Origin: an uncultured cyanobacterium
GTDB taxonomy: Bacteria > Cyanobacteriota > Cyanobacteriia > Cyanobacteriales > CAWUOF01
DNA length: 64,000 bases
Direction of reading: 5' to 3'
Assembly: GCA_963744145.1 (NCBI GenBank)
Contig: CAVUSO010000001.1
Coordinates: forward strand, 7,520,001-7,584,000
Part shown: piece after piece, positions 8,042 through 18,301 of the stretch
Layout of the letters: every line of letters starts with the position of its first letter
Position numbering within the stretch: the stretch's first letter is position 1
Notes under the pieces: generated by a model
Seen by the model: only the letters and a program-made list of their open reading frames with translations
Databases searched by the model: none
What the model was told of the DNA's origin: nothing
Position numbers and translations under genes: made by a program

Positions 8042-8338
8042 TTAGTTGGATGAATTGCCATCAGCATCATTATTAGGTGCATCTTCAGTGGTTGTCTTCT
8101 GCTGCATAAACTGCTTTAATGCTTCCCGTCTATTAGCCATGAAACGACTCCAAAAACCAGGAAATAATTGATCCATAGTTTTGGCGATCGACCAAACCTC
8201 AAGCGCCATCATATTATAAAACAAACGATCTGATCGTTGGAGGGCTTTAATCCACTGGTCGATATTCATCGCATTCGGTGGCCCTGGGGAATTGGAGGTT
8301 TTCGAGTAAGGTCGTTGATTTACTTCAGCTTTAGACAT
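8042..8338 (-). CDS. Hypothetical protein, paralog of the N-terminal domain of 6701-7813
   Basis: WIKALQ..D..FYN.M.LE.W.I..TMD...PGFW conserved in both proteins. Confidence 0.75.
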   Translation of the reverse strand: MSKAEVNQRPYSKTSNSPGPPNAMNIDQWIKALQRSDRLFYNMMALEVWSIAKTMDQLFPGFWSRFMANRREALKQFMQQKTTTEDAPNNDADGNSSN

Positions 8339-8516
8339 AAATATCGCCTATCATAAAAATCAAATCTATCTAGACCTGTGGTGCAGGGCAAACCCTGACA
8401 CAATTCAGTCAAACTTTATTACTAATTAGTCTGTGAGAGTCGGAAAGTAGTTTAGGTAATGGCATTATAGTATTTGTGATCGATTAATCCCCAAATAGTT
8501 TCTGGTGCTGAGGTTA

Positions 8517-10196
8517 ATGAAGCAACGCTCTTTTTTCTATTTTCTAGCAGCAATTATCATAGTGCTGCTTTTAGTGGGGATAGCCGGTTTTTATTGGTTA
8601 TTCACCAATAGTCCCCTGGGCTTGTCGCGGAGTGGGTCATCTAGTCCTCCTAGTGCTACGATCTTTGTGTCCAAACAAGCCCCAGCGATGGTCTCTTTAC
8701 TGATCGACCCAGAGCGATTGGTTGCATGGCAACAGGTGTTAGTTAGTCCAGAAAACCGAGAAAGATCACATATTCAATTAGATCAGCTAAAACAAAGTTT
8801 ACTAGCTAATACTAATTTAGACTATCAGCGAGATATCCAACCCTGGTTAGGTTCAGAAATTACCTTAGCGGTGACCAATCGTGATTTAGACCGTGACCCC
8901 GAAAATGGTTTCCAACCGGGCTATCTAGCAGTCGTCTCTACCCGTGATTCCTTACGGAGTCTCCAGTTTCTCGAATCTTTTTGGCAAACAAAAACTGTTT
9001 CCGGTCAAGAATTAGCATGGGAAACCTATCAAGGTGTTAAGTTAATTTATACTAAACCAGAATCGGCATTAGCTAGTGCTGTTGTTGGCGATCGCTTTAT
9101 TTTATTCGCTAATCATCCCAAGGTCTTACGTGATGCGATTAATAATGTCCAAGCTGGAGGGTTAAGCTTAAGTAGTGATCCGGCTTATCTCCAAGCCCTC
9201 AAAAACCTGAACCAAAGTAAAATTGGTTTAGTGTTTATTAATCTCTCTAATCTAGCGGATTGGATTGATCACCAGTCAGCTCCGATTACTTCGGATCTAG
9301 AAGCTCCCCAGTTATATGACAGTTTAGCGATCGCGCTGGAATTAGATCAACAGGGAATATTAGCAGAAACAGCTTTAATTGCAGCAGCTCACCACGAAAT
9401 TACCCCAACTTCCCCTGATTTATTAAAGCCAGTCCCAGCGTTACAATATCTACCAGCAAAAACGGCTTTTTCCATTGCTGGTAAAAATTTAGGTCAATTA
9501 TGGTCACAAATTTCCGGGGAAATCACGGCTGATCCTAGTCTAGCACGGTTAATCAATCCACCGCTCGTCACAGCTAAAAATAATTGGCACATTGATTTAC
9601 CCAAGGATATTTTTAACTGGGTCGGGGGAGAATATGTGGTGGGGTTATTACCACGGGTTTCAACCCCAGCGCAAATCCCCAGTTTCGACTGGATTTTTGT
9701 CACCCAAAAACCCGCTGATCTAGCACCAATTAACAGTTTAGATGCGATCGCGGTTGCGGATGGTTTTAGTGTTGGTCCTTTGACTTTGGGTAATCAAGAG
9801 ATTATCACTTGGACAAGACTAACTACAGTTTTTGATCAAGTCCAACAGGGGTTGACCGTGAAAGCTGAAGTTAAAGGTGTCCATACGACGATCGGAGATT
9901 ATGAAATCTTTACCACTTCAGTCCAAGCAATGGCTGATATTTTAGCTGCTCCAGGGACTTCTCTGTTAAATAGTCCCAAATTCCAAGAGACGATCGGTAA
10001 GTTACCTCAGCCCAATGATGGTTATGTTTATGTTGATTGGTCAGCAACTGAGCCAATTTTAGCACAACAATTTCCTGTCATCCGGCTGATTGAACTGGTT
10101 GCTAAACCTTTAATTAGTAACTGGGAATCCTTAAGTATTAGTTCCCAGGGAGCAGAATCTAGTATCCGTCATGCTAGTGCGTTTATTCATTTTTGA
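8517..10196 (+). CDS. DUF3352-domain membrane-anchored protein
   Basis: N-terminal TM helix; LDYQRDIQPWLGSEITLAV and FANHPKVLRDAINNVQ motifs typical of the family. Confidence 0.8.
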   Translation: MKQRSFFYFLAAIIIVLLLVGIAGFYWLFTNSPLGLSRSGSSSPPSATIFVSKQAPAMVSLLIDPERLVAWQQVLVSPENRERSHIQLDQLKQSLLANTNLDYQRDIQPWLGSEITLAVTNRDLDRDPENGFQPGYLAVVSTRDSLRSLQFLESFWQTKTVSGQELAWETYQGVKLIYTKPESALASAVVGDRFILFANHPKVLRDAINNVQAGGLSLSSDPAYLQALKNLNQSKIGLVFINLSNLADWIDHQSAPITSDLEAPQLYDSLAIALELDQQGILAETALIAAAHHEITPTSPDLLKPVPALQYLPAKTAFSIAGKNLGQLWSQISGEITADPSLARLINPPLVTAKNNWHIDLPKDIFNWVGGEYVVGLLPRVSTPAQIPSFDWIFVTQKPADLAPINSLDAIAVADGFSVGPLTLGNQEIITWTRLTTVFDQVQQGLTVKAEVKGVHTTIGDYEIFTTSVQAMADILAAPGTSLLNSPKFQETIGKLPQPNDGYVYVDWSATEPILAQQFPVIRLIELVAKPLISNWESLSISSQGAESSIRHASAFIHF

Positions 10197-10359
10197 AGTA
10201 GTGTCAGGTGTCAGAGAAAACCCAACTATTCTCACACCTGGCTCTCTGCTTTAAACGGAGAACTGTGGTTGGACGAAGTTAAGAATTTTTTGATGCAGTA
10301 GGAAATATTGATAATTATAGCTTAATCGTAATCAAAGCGATGTACCTAAAAAAGTGCGT

Positions 10360-10749
10360 TCATTTTCCATTTTCTGGTTGACCAAATAAATGTTCTAATA
10401 TGCGTTGGTTTTCTGTGCGAATCCCTCTAATTTCATTCATAATCACCTCAAAGTTGCGTTGATGTATTTCTACAACTTGCAACAATGAATTGACAGCAGC
10501 ACTCAGTTCAGCTTGGCTTACTTCCTGATTACGTTGATTGATTTCTACAACTTGCATCAATGAATCGATCCTAGTACCGAGTTCTGCAATTGTGGCTGAA
10601 TTGGTTTGAATTTGGGCTGAATTGGTTTGAATTTGAGCTGAATTGGCTTGAATTTGGGCTGAATTGGCTTGAATTTGGGCTGAATTGGCTTGAATTTGGG
10701 CTGAGGTTGCTTCGATCACAGCTTCTATTCTATCTAGTCTTTCTGTCAT
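10360..10749 (-). CDS. Coiled-coil hypothetical protein with heptad repeats
   Basis: ERLDRIEA start; SAQIQ(A/T)N x5; C-terminal IRGIRTENQRILEHLFG common in cyanobacteria. Confidence 0.75.
   Translation of the reverse strand: MTERLDRIEAVIEATSAQIQANSAQIQANSAQIQANSAQIQTNSAQIQTNSATIAELGTRIDSLMQVVEINQRNQEVSQAELSAAVNSLLQVVEIHQRNFEVIMNEIRGIRTENQRILEHLFGQPENGK
10594..10703. repeat. 21-bp coding tandem repeat (about 5 copies)
   Basis: Repeated unit GCTGAATTGG(C/T)TTGAATTTG(G/A). Confidence 0.85.
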
Positions 10750-10956
10750 CGGAAATATCCTTTTTTACTTATTTTCTTGCCGCTTGACTAATTGTAGCTG
10801 AAAATCCTGGCAGTGATCAGACTTTCCCTCAGCCATACATAAAAAAGAGCGATCGCTGATCTGAAATAAAAGCTGGAGTTGAAGCGATCGGGTTTTTCTC
10901 AACTATCCCAATATACTCAAAGCACAGTTTAACTAAGTTTAGCTAAGTATTTTGGG

Positions 10957-13719
10957 TCAGATATGTGGTTGTACTAAGTTTAAAATTTTTTCATCTTCAA
11001 AAGCTTCAGCTAACTCTAACAGATGATTAACAAAGGGAGTATATTTAGGATCAATTTGTCTTAATCGTTTAACTTCACTTTCGATTACAGAAATATCGCC
11101 AATTTTAGCTGCTGCATAAATTCCATTTAGTTCAAAACTCGGTGGTACAATTAAGGACGCATTAGCCGATGATTCTGAATTTTCTGATTGCTGATCTACA
11201 GCTTGTTCTTCGTAAACCCAATCAATTTTTAGATATTTTTGAATGACGATCAATAATTTTTCAATTTCAACTGGTTTTGGCAAAAAATCATCACATCCAG
11301 CTTCAATACTTTGAGCTTGATCTTCGGGTAAAACACTAGCACTAGACGCAATTACAATCAGATTTTTCCATTCTGGTATTTGTCGGAGTTGACGGGCAAA
11401 TTCAAAGCCATCTAAAATCGGCATTACCAAATCTGTAATAATTAAATTAGGCTGAAACTCTGGGATGATATTTAAAGCTTCTTCACCATGACTAGCTTCA
11501 GCAAAGATAAATCCTAAAGGAGAAAGAACTTGGACTACAACATCTCGATTAACTTCTTTATCATCTACCACTAAAATTTTGCATTGGTTGCCTTTATAAC
11601 CAATAATTCTGCGATTATCATTGATAATAGAGGATGTAGCCCATTCATCGGTATGAAGTAACTCCAGCTCAAACCAAAAGGTGCTACCTTTTCCTGGGGT
11701 ACTATTCACTTGAATCGTACTATTCATCATAGTGATAATTTTTTTAGTGATCGCTAATCCCAATCCCGTTCCTTCAGCTCGACGCAACTTATTACCCACT
11801 TGTTCAAAAGGGAGAAAAATCTTTTCAAGTTGCTCTAGTTTAATTCCCACTCCCGTATCTTTAACTTCAAATCTAACTTTGGATGTGGTGGGAGTTTGGC
11901 TGATTAAATCAATTGTAAAAGTAACGTTACCTCGATCGGTAAATTTGATACTATTACTTAATAGGTTAATCAGAACTTGACGTAAACGTTTATCATCAAT
12001 CCTCACACCCACAGGTAAACGAGAATCCATCAAGTAATAAAAATTAATATTTTTTTGTTCAGCCCGAACCCTGGATATTTCAATAATTGCTGATAAAAAA
12101 GAAGGGAAATGGAAATCTTTCGGATAAAGTTCCATTTTCTGAGCTTCGATTTTGGAAATATCCAGAATATCATTGATCAGATTCAATAAATGAGTACCAC
12201 ATTGGAAAATAGTGCTAATATTCTTGCGATGTACATTCAAGTCAGGAGCTCGTTGTAAAATTTGGGCATAACCCAGAATCCCATTTAGTGGTGTTCTCAA
12301 TTCATGACTCATATTAGCCAAAAATTCGCTTTTTGAATGATTGGCAACTTCAGCTGCTTCTTTAGCTAAATATAAGGATTCATCGGCTTTTTTGCGATCG
12401 CTAATATCTGTAATTACACCATAGAAAATTGTTTCCCCTTTGTCATTAATTACTGGAGTAGCATCACCTTGCCACCAAATTAGTTCTCCATTTAATTTGA
12501 GGATACGTCCTTCATAGTGCCAAGGTTTAAGATTTTCGATCGCCGACTGAAGTGACAGTAAATAGCTTTCTTGATCATCGGGATATAAAGTAGAAATAAA
12601 CTTATTCATGTCTTGGATAATTTCCGACGCACTAATCCCAGTTAGATCAATAATGCGATCGCTAATATAGTCAATTTTCCAAACACCATTTTGACTCGTA
12701 CCTTGATAAATCACACCAGGAATTTGTGCGGCGATCGCCCGAAATCTTTCTTCACTTTTCTGCAAAGATGCAGTCCGTTGTTCGATTTGTTGTTCTAACC
12801 CTTCATTAGCTTTTTTCAGATTAGCCTGAGCTTCTTGATTTTCATGAATAATCGCAGATAAAACTAAAGTGCTAACCGTAATCACCACTACAAAAGATTG
12901 CAATAGTAATAAAGATTCATTCAAATTCGATCGGACAAATGGTCCATATCCTTGAGCTGTACCAACCACAGAGACGATCGATACAAATACAATTAATAAT
13001 GTTACCAGTTGCTGTTCAAACCGAAAAGCTGCCCACATTAACAGCGGAATGAACACATATATAACTGGATACCCATCACCGAACACGATCCGACTGACAA
13101 AAATAGTTAGTGTCACTAATAGAGCGAGTTCAAGCAATTGGTGACGATGCAATTTCGACCAAACCTGATTACCAGCAAATAATAACGGTGTAAATACAAT
13201 AATCCCTGCCATATCTCCTGTCCACCAACTCCACCAAGTTATGGTATAATTATTAACAGCAGTTTCACCATTTAACCACAGAGTTGTTACACCAATAGTT
13301 GCAGATAATGATGGGCTAATCAAAGCACCTAATGCTACAAATTTAAAAAAATCCTGGGCTCTTTTGAGCCAATTAGCTTGACCAATAAACCGCTCAATCA
13401 GAACTGCTCCGAGCAGAGATTCTAAGGTATCAGCGACACCAACACTAGCAGCACTTAAGCAAGTAATCAGTCCGATTTGATCAGTATGAATTACTAGCTG
13501 TTCTAAAAAAGTGCCTAGCCAAATCCCAGGTGCAACACCATATCCTAATAACAAAATCGCTGCCAAATCAATTCCAGCTACGGGCCAAATTGCTGATGCT
13601 GAACCAGACAATGTAGCAACATACAAAGATATTTTACCAATCTGAAAATGAATCAGGGCAATTATGACTATTGCCATGATCTTCAACCGGTTAGAACTAA
13701 GGATAGTGGGATTGATCAT
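10957..13719 (-). CDS. Hybrid sensor histidine kinase (MASE1-PAS-HisKA-HATPase-REC)
   Basis: MASE1 (IWPVAG, WWTGD), H-box FLANMSHELRTPLNGILG, GTGLGL, C-terminal receiver. Confidence 0.93.
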   Translation of the reverse strand: MINPTILSSNRLKIMAIVIIALIHFQIGKISLYVATLSGSASAIWPVAGIDLAAILLLGYGVAPGIWLGTFLEQLVIHTDQIGLITCLSAASVGVADTLESLLGAVLIERFIGQANWLKRAQDFFKFVALGALISPSLSATIGVTTLWLNGETAVNNYTITWWSWWTGDMAGIIVFTPLLFAGNQVWSKLHRHQLLELALLVTLTIFVSRIVFGDGYPVIYVFIPLLMWAAFRFEQQLVTLLIVFVSIVSVVGTAQGYGPFVRSNLNESLLLLQSFVVVITVSTLVLSAIIHENQEAQANLKKANEGLEQQIEQRTASLQKSEERFRAIAAQIPGVIYQGTSQNGVWKIDYISDRIIDLTGISASEIIQDMNKFISTLYPDDQESYLLSLQSAIENLKPWHYEGRILKLNGELIWWQGDATPVINDKGETIFYGVITDISDRKKADESLYLAKEAAEVANHSKSEFLANMSHELRTPLNGILGYAQILQRAPDLNVHRKNISTIFQCGTHLLNLINDILDISKIEAQKMELYPKDFHFPSFLSAIIEISRVRAEQKNINFYYLMDSRLPVGVRIDDKRLRQVLINLLSNSIKFTDRGNVTFTIDLISQTPTTSKVRFEVKDTGVGIKLEQLEKIFLPFEQVGNKLRRAEGTGLGLAITKKIITMMNSTIQVNSTPGKGSTFWFELELLHTDEWATSSIINDNRRIIGYKGNQCKILVVDDKEVNRDVVVQVLSPLGFIFAEASHGEEALNIIPEFQPNLIITDLVMPILDGFEFARQLRQIPEWKNLIVIASSASVLPEDQAQSIEAGCDDFLPKPVEIEKLLIVIQKYLKIDWVYEEQAVDQQSENSESSANASLIVPPSFELNGIYAAAKIGDISVIESEVKRLRQIDPKYTPFVNHLLELAEAFEDEKILNLVQPHI

Positions 13720-13755
13720 CTCTAATTTCCTGGTGATTAAAGCCAATTTTATCGA

Positions 13756-14210
13756 TCATGATTCAGCTCCATATACTTCGAGCAAATTTAATATTTTTTC
13801 ATCCTCAAATTGTTGGGCTAAATTTAATATTTCATCGGCAAAATTAGGATATTTTTTTACCATCCTTAGTAATTGTGAATGGTTATTCTCGACCAGAATT
13901 GGCAATAGAAACGACCTTGATCTACTAAATCTCGCGGATTTAGTAATCCTGATTCGATCGCATTAGTGTTGATAGTAGCTAATTTTTTTGGAATTTCTAG
14001 GTAACTATCTAGGTGCTGATCTATGCGTGATTCTACTTCTTTTTGTAATCTTTTGATCAGATTATTAACGGCTTTCTGTCCGTTGCGAAATGACAGCCAA
14101 CCAACTAAACCCGTAGAGATGAAAACAGGAAAAATAAAGAGTAAAATTAGAATCGTGCGAAGCTGCAAATTTTTGAGGAACTTGTGCCACTGAAAAAGTT
14201 TTCTAATCAT
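13756..14210 (-). pseudogene. Internally deleted Cache-type hybrid histidine kinase remnant
   Basis: N-terminus (TM + SFRNGQKAVN, start of a Cache sensor) joined out of frame to KYPNFADEILNLAQQFEDEKILNLLEVYGAES*, which resembles the C-terminus of the downstream kinase. Confidence 0.75.
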
Positions 14211-14291
14211 AAATTTTTACGCTGAGTTAAACTGGATAAAGTTCATAGCTAGTGATGTATGATTAATTAGATTGAACATTTTTCAAGGCAA

Positions 14292-15593
14292 TTAAAAGGT
14301 AATAAAAAATTCTGTCCCTTGCCCGGGGATAGAATTACAACCAAGTTTACCACCATGATTATCTTGAATAATCTGACGGGAAATTGATAACCCTATTCCT
14401 GTTCCCTTACCTACTCCTTTAGTCGTAAATAAATAATCAAATATTTTTTCTTTCACTACTGGGTCAATCCCAATCCCATTATCTTGAATTCTCACAGTCG
14501 CTTTTTTTTCATCTGCTGCATACTCAGTGATAATGGTAATTTGATTGACAAAGCTGTCCGAATTACTCCGTTTCCCGTGAGATTCTTCTAGAGCATCGAT
14601 CGCATTGGCAATTAAATTCATAAATACCTGGTTAATTTGACCGGGATAACAATCTATTTCTGGGAGATTGCCATATTTTTTCACTACTTCGATCGCCGGA
14701 CGTTTGTCACTAGCTTTCAGTCGATGTTTCAGAATTAATAAGGTGCTATCGATTCCTTCATGGATATTAAATCGGACTTTACTACTCACATCTGCCCGAG
14801 AAAAAACTCGCATGGATTGGATAATTTCGGCAATCCGCTTTGTTCCTTCTTTCATAGAATCAATTAATTGCGGAAAATCTTCGATGATATAATTCAGTTC
14901 AATATTGTTAATTTCCTCACTAATTTCCGGAACTGGATCAGGATATTTATCTTGATAAAGTTGGACTAAATTGATCAAATCTTCTGCATATTGAGCCGTA
15001 TGTTGTAAATTGCCGGCCACAAAACCTACCGGATTATTAATTTCATGGGTAATTCCCGCTAAAAGTTGACCTAATGATGACATTTTTTCACTCAGAATGA
15101 GCTGAGATTGAGCTTTTTCTAGTTCAGCTGTTCGTTCTTGAACTTTCTCTTCTAAAGAATTATTTAATTGACTGAGTTCGCGATTTTTTTCGGCTAACTC
15201 TTTGGTTAAAGTCCTAATTTTCAAATGTAAATGAATTCGAGCTAATACTTCTTCCTGTTGAAAAGGTTTAGTAATATAGTCTACTGCCCCTAAAACTAGA
15301 CCTTTGACTTTATTATCTGTATCTGCTAGAGCGGTCATAAAAATAATTGGAATTTCGTGATTCTTAGGATCTTCCTTAATGCGACGACAAGTTTCAAATC
15401 CATCGATCCCGGGCATCATTACATCTAGCAAAATTAGATCAGGAGTAATTTCTGCGAGCTTAGTTAGGGCATTTTCCCCATCTTTGGCAACTAAAACCCT
15501 AAATCCCGATTCTTTGAGAAAATCAAACAGAACTTTTATATTGGTAGGAGTGTCATCGACGATCAGTAGTGTATGTTGTTCAGCGTTTATCAT
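14292..15593 (-). CDS. Response regulator-histidine kinase (REC-HisKA-HATPase)
   Basis: LIVDD/LLDVMMP receiver; EKMSSLGQLLAGITHEINNP H-box; GKGTGIGLS. Confidence 0.93.
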   Translation of the reverse strand: MINAEQHTLLIVDDTPTNIKVLFDFLKESGFRVLVAKDGENALTKLAEITPDLILLDVMMPGIDGFETCRRIKEDPKNHEIPIIFMTALADTDNKVKGLVLGAVDYITKPFQQEEVLARIHLHLKIRTLTKELAEKNRELSQLNNSLEEKVQERTAELEKAQSQLILSEKMSSLGQLLAGITHEINNPVGFVAGNLQHTAQYAEDLINLVQLYQDKYPDPVPEISEEINNIELNYIIEDFPQLIDSMKEGTKRIAEIIQSMRVFSRADVSSKVRFNIHEGIDSTLLILKHRLKASDKRPAIEVVKKYGNLPEIDCYPGQINQVFMNLIANAIDALEESHGKRSNSDSFVNQITIITEYAADEKKATVRIQDNGIGIDPVVKEKIFDYLFTTKGVGKGTGIGLSISRQIIQDNHGGKLGCNSIPGQGTEFFITF

Positions 15594-17470
15594 GGCTTTT
15601 TATTGATCATGGGGAAATATTTAGCTAAAAATTGAGTTGCGGCTTCGCTCGATAGGGGATGAGAAAATAAATATCCTTGACCAAATTCACATCCTAATTG
15701 TTTCAGCTTTTCTAGTTGTGCTTGAGTTTCTATTCCCTCCGCTACCGCATCCATTTGTAAATTTTTTGCCAGTGAAATAATGGTCGAAACAATAGGCACA
15801 CCCCCTACTGTAGAGTCTAACATACTAATAAAAGAACGGTCAACTTTTATAGTTTTTACCGGAAATGTGTGGAGACGACTTAAAGAAGAATATCCCGTGC
15901 CAAAGTCATCAATACAAAGTTGGATTCCCAGGGCTTGAATATCTTCTAAAATTTGCATAGTGGTTTTCCCTGTGTCTAAAAAAGCACTTTCAGTAATTTC
16001 TAACTTTAATAATGCCGGAGATAAATTCGTTTGGGAATAAATTAATTTTATTTGTTCGGCGGCATCTTGATGCTGGAGTTGTTGAGCTGAAAAATTAACA
16101 TTCATCACTAAGGGAAAATCAATTCTAAATTGTTTTGTCCATAATTCTAACTGTTGACAAGCTAATTTTAATGCGAATAAATCTATATATTGAATTAATT
16201 CAATCTCTTCAGCGATCGTAATAAATTTTCCTGGTAATAGAAAGCCTCGCTGGGGATGTTGCCAACGAATTAAAGCTTCAAAGCCAATCGGATGTTCAGT
16301 TTTTAGGGAGAAAATCGGTTGGTAATAAAGACAAAACTCTTCTTTTTCTAAACCTTGAATCAATTCAGTTTCTAATTGCATCCGCTCTAAAGCTTGAGAT
16401 TGGATTTCCGGAGTGAGGATAGCATAACAGCCTTTCCCAGCTTTTTTCGCTTGATACATGACTATGTCCGCATCCCTCAAAATTGTAGTTGGTTCTTCAT
16501 AGTCTGTAATCGATTTGATTACCCCAATACTGGCATTAACTACTAGTTGATAATTGCCAATTTTAAATGGTTGTTGCAACTGGGCTAAGATAAAATCAGC
16601 CATCATTTCAATGGTTGTAGTCTGTTGGTCTATTGCTAGTAAAATTAAAAATTCATCACCTCCTAATCGGGCGATTTTTCCTTGGGCACCTATGCAAATT
16701 TGCAGTCGCTCACTTACCCATCTCAGCAGTTGATCCCCGACTAAATGTCCCAAGCGATCGTTGATACTTTTAAATCCATCTAAATCCAAAAATAAAACTG
16801 TATGATTGCGCTCTGGATTATTTTTAGCTGTGCTTAAAATTTCGACTAAATACTCCATCAACCAGGCTCGATTAAATAAACCTGTAAGTAAATCGTGAGA
16901 AGCATCATAGCTCAGTTTTTCTTCTCGAATTTGTAACTCTCTCAACGCATTTTCTAGCTCTTGGGTTCGATAAATGACTCGTTTTTCTAGTTCCTGATTT
17001 AATTTGTGTAAATTAACTTCAGCCGCTTTCCTTGCCGTTATTTCTTGACTTAAATGCAGGTTCTTTTCTTGCAGAGTTACTGTCAAAGAACGTAATCTGA
17101 GGTGTAACCGCACCCGACTTAGTAATTCTTCTTGTTGAATTGGTTTGGTAATATAATCTACAGCTCCTAAAGCCAGACCTTGGACTTTATCTGCCACTTC
17201 TGAGAGAGCTGTCATAAAAATTACCGGAATTTCTTGAGTAGCTGGGTTGTTCTTCAAACGACGACAGACTTCAAATCCGTCAATCACTGGCATCATTATA
17301 TCTAAAAGAATTAAATCCGGAACAACTTTTTCTAACTTTCTCAAAGCATCTTGGCCGTTTGCTGCCACCAAAACTCGGAAATCTGATTCTTTTAAAAAGT
17401 TAAATATAACTCTGAGATTATTTCGATTATCGTCAACAATTAAAATTAGCGATGGGTGGTCGATTTCCAT
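15590..17470 (-). CDS. REC-GGDEF-EAL diguanylate cyclase/phosphodiesterase
   Basis: Receiver domain; intact GGDEF; EAL, DDFGTGYSS and VAEGIE motifs. Confidence 0.94.
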   Translation of the reverse strand: MEIDHPSLILIVDDNRNNLRVIFNFLKESDFRVLVAANGQDALRKLEKVVPDLILLDIMMPVIDGFEVCRRLKNNPATQEIPVIFMTALSEVADKVQGLALGAVDYITKPIQQEELLSRVRLHLRLRSLTVTLQEKNLHLSQEITARKAAEVNLHKLNQELEKRVIYRTQELENALRELQIREEKLSYDASHDLLTGLFNRAWLMEYLVEILSTAKNNPERNHTVLFLDLDGFKSINDRLGHLVGDQLLRWVSERLQICIGAQGKIARLGGDEFLILLAIDQQTTTIEMMADFILAQLQQPFKIGNYQLVVNASIGVIKSITDYEEPTTILRDADIVMYQAKKAGKGCYAILTPEIQSQALERMQLETELIQGLEKEEFCLYYQPIFSLKTEHPIGFEALIRWQHPQRGFLLPGKFITIAEEIELIQYIDLFALKLACQQLELWTKQFRIDFPLVMNVNFSAQQLQHQDAAEQIKLIYSQTNLSPALLKLEITESAFLDTGKTTMQILEDIQALGIQLCIDDFGTGYSSLSRLHTFPVKTIKVDRSFISMLDSTVGGVPIVSTIISLAKNLQMDAVAEGIETQAQLEKLKQLGCEFGQGYLFSHPLSSEAATQFLAKYFPMINKKP

Positions 17471-17795
17471 TAACTTCACGCTGAAATTTTGCGAAAACTT
17501 TTGGTTACATTTCTCGCCCCTTAACTAAAATCTTAGCTTTTTAAATAAGTTTTAGTTATGAAATTTGTCTGATCACATATATTTAGATAATAACAGTTGC
17601 TCGGCTTCATTGGGGTCATCTGACTAGAGAATTGGTTTTAAGTAATAGTTTAAACTTAACTCTAGCCTTGTCAAGTTAAGAAAAGGTCAAGAACCTAATT
17701 GGGACTAAAGGTTAAACATGGCTTAATTACTAAAGCTGTAATTTGACTAATAGTCAGGTAAATTTGAAAAGGCTAAATTTACCGACATCAAGCTT

Positions 17796-18119
17796 ATGAA
17801 TAGTGGGACAGAGTCGAGAGCAAACAACCTACAGGCTGAAATGAGCCAACTTACGGATCGGATTCGGACTTTAGCTGAAAATTGCCAAGGGAATTCTCTG
17901 GAGATTTTGGCATTGTTGCGACTTTTGGAACAGCAACATCGTCAAATTCGGGAAGGGATGTTTCAAAAATCTTTACCAAATAGTCGTCACCACCTTTATA
18001 CTTTGCTGCGCGATATTGAAGAGGAAGGAGGATGGCCTTATATTGAACGGATGAAGTTGCGATCGCTCCTAGAAAACTTCTTATCAGAATCAAATCATGT
18101 TTCCCATCCGGATGGGTGA
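17796..18119 (+). CDS. Conserved cyanobacterial hypothetical protein
   Basis: LLRLLEQQHRQIRE...LLRDIEEEGGWPYIERM; helical, coding-like. Confidence 0.75.
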   Translation: MNSGTESRANNLQAEMSQLTDRIRTLAENCQGNSLEILALLRLLEQQHRQIREGMFQKSLPNSRHHLYTLLRDIEEEGGWPYIERMKLRSLLENFLSESNHVSHPDG

Positions 18120-18301
18120 GCTTTGTGGGTCATAGTCTTGGTCAGGATCATCTCAACTTCCCGATCGGATTGGGATGATGCTGACGTCACTAATTTTCGG
18201 ATTATTTTGGGCGAGAATTTAATCGATAATTCTCCTGAGAATAAAATCCCTTCTCCTATTTTTAGCAACGCCAGTAAACCATTGGATCTTAGACATCATG
18301 G

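Noticed and set aside
8376..8405. c-di-GMP-I riboswitch suggested by GGGCAAACC
   Set aside because: Only a simple hairpin; the downstream GNRA arm and second stem of the motif are missing.
10590..10787. LNWLEFG-repeat ORF on the + strand
   Set aside because: Antisense shadow of the 21-bp coding repeat.
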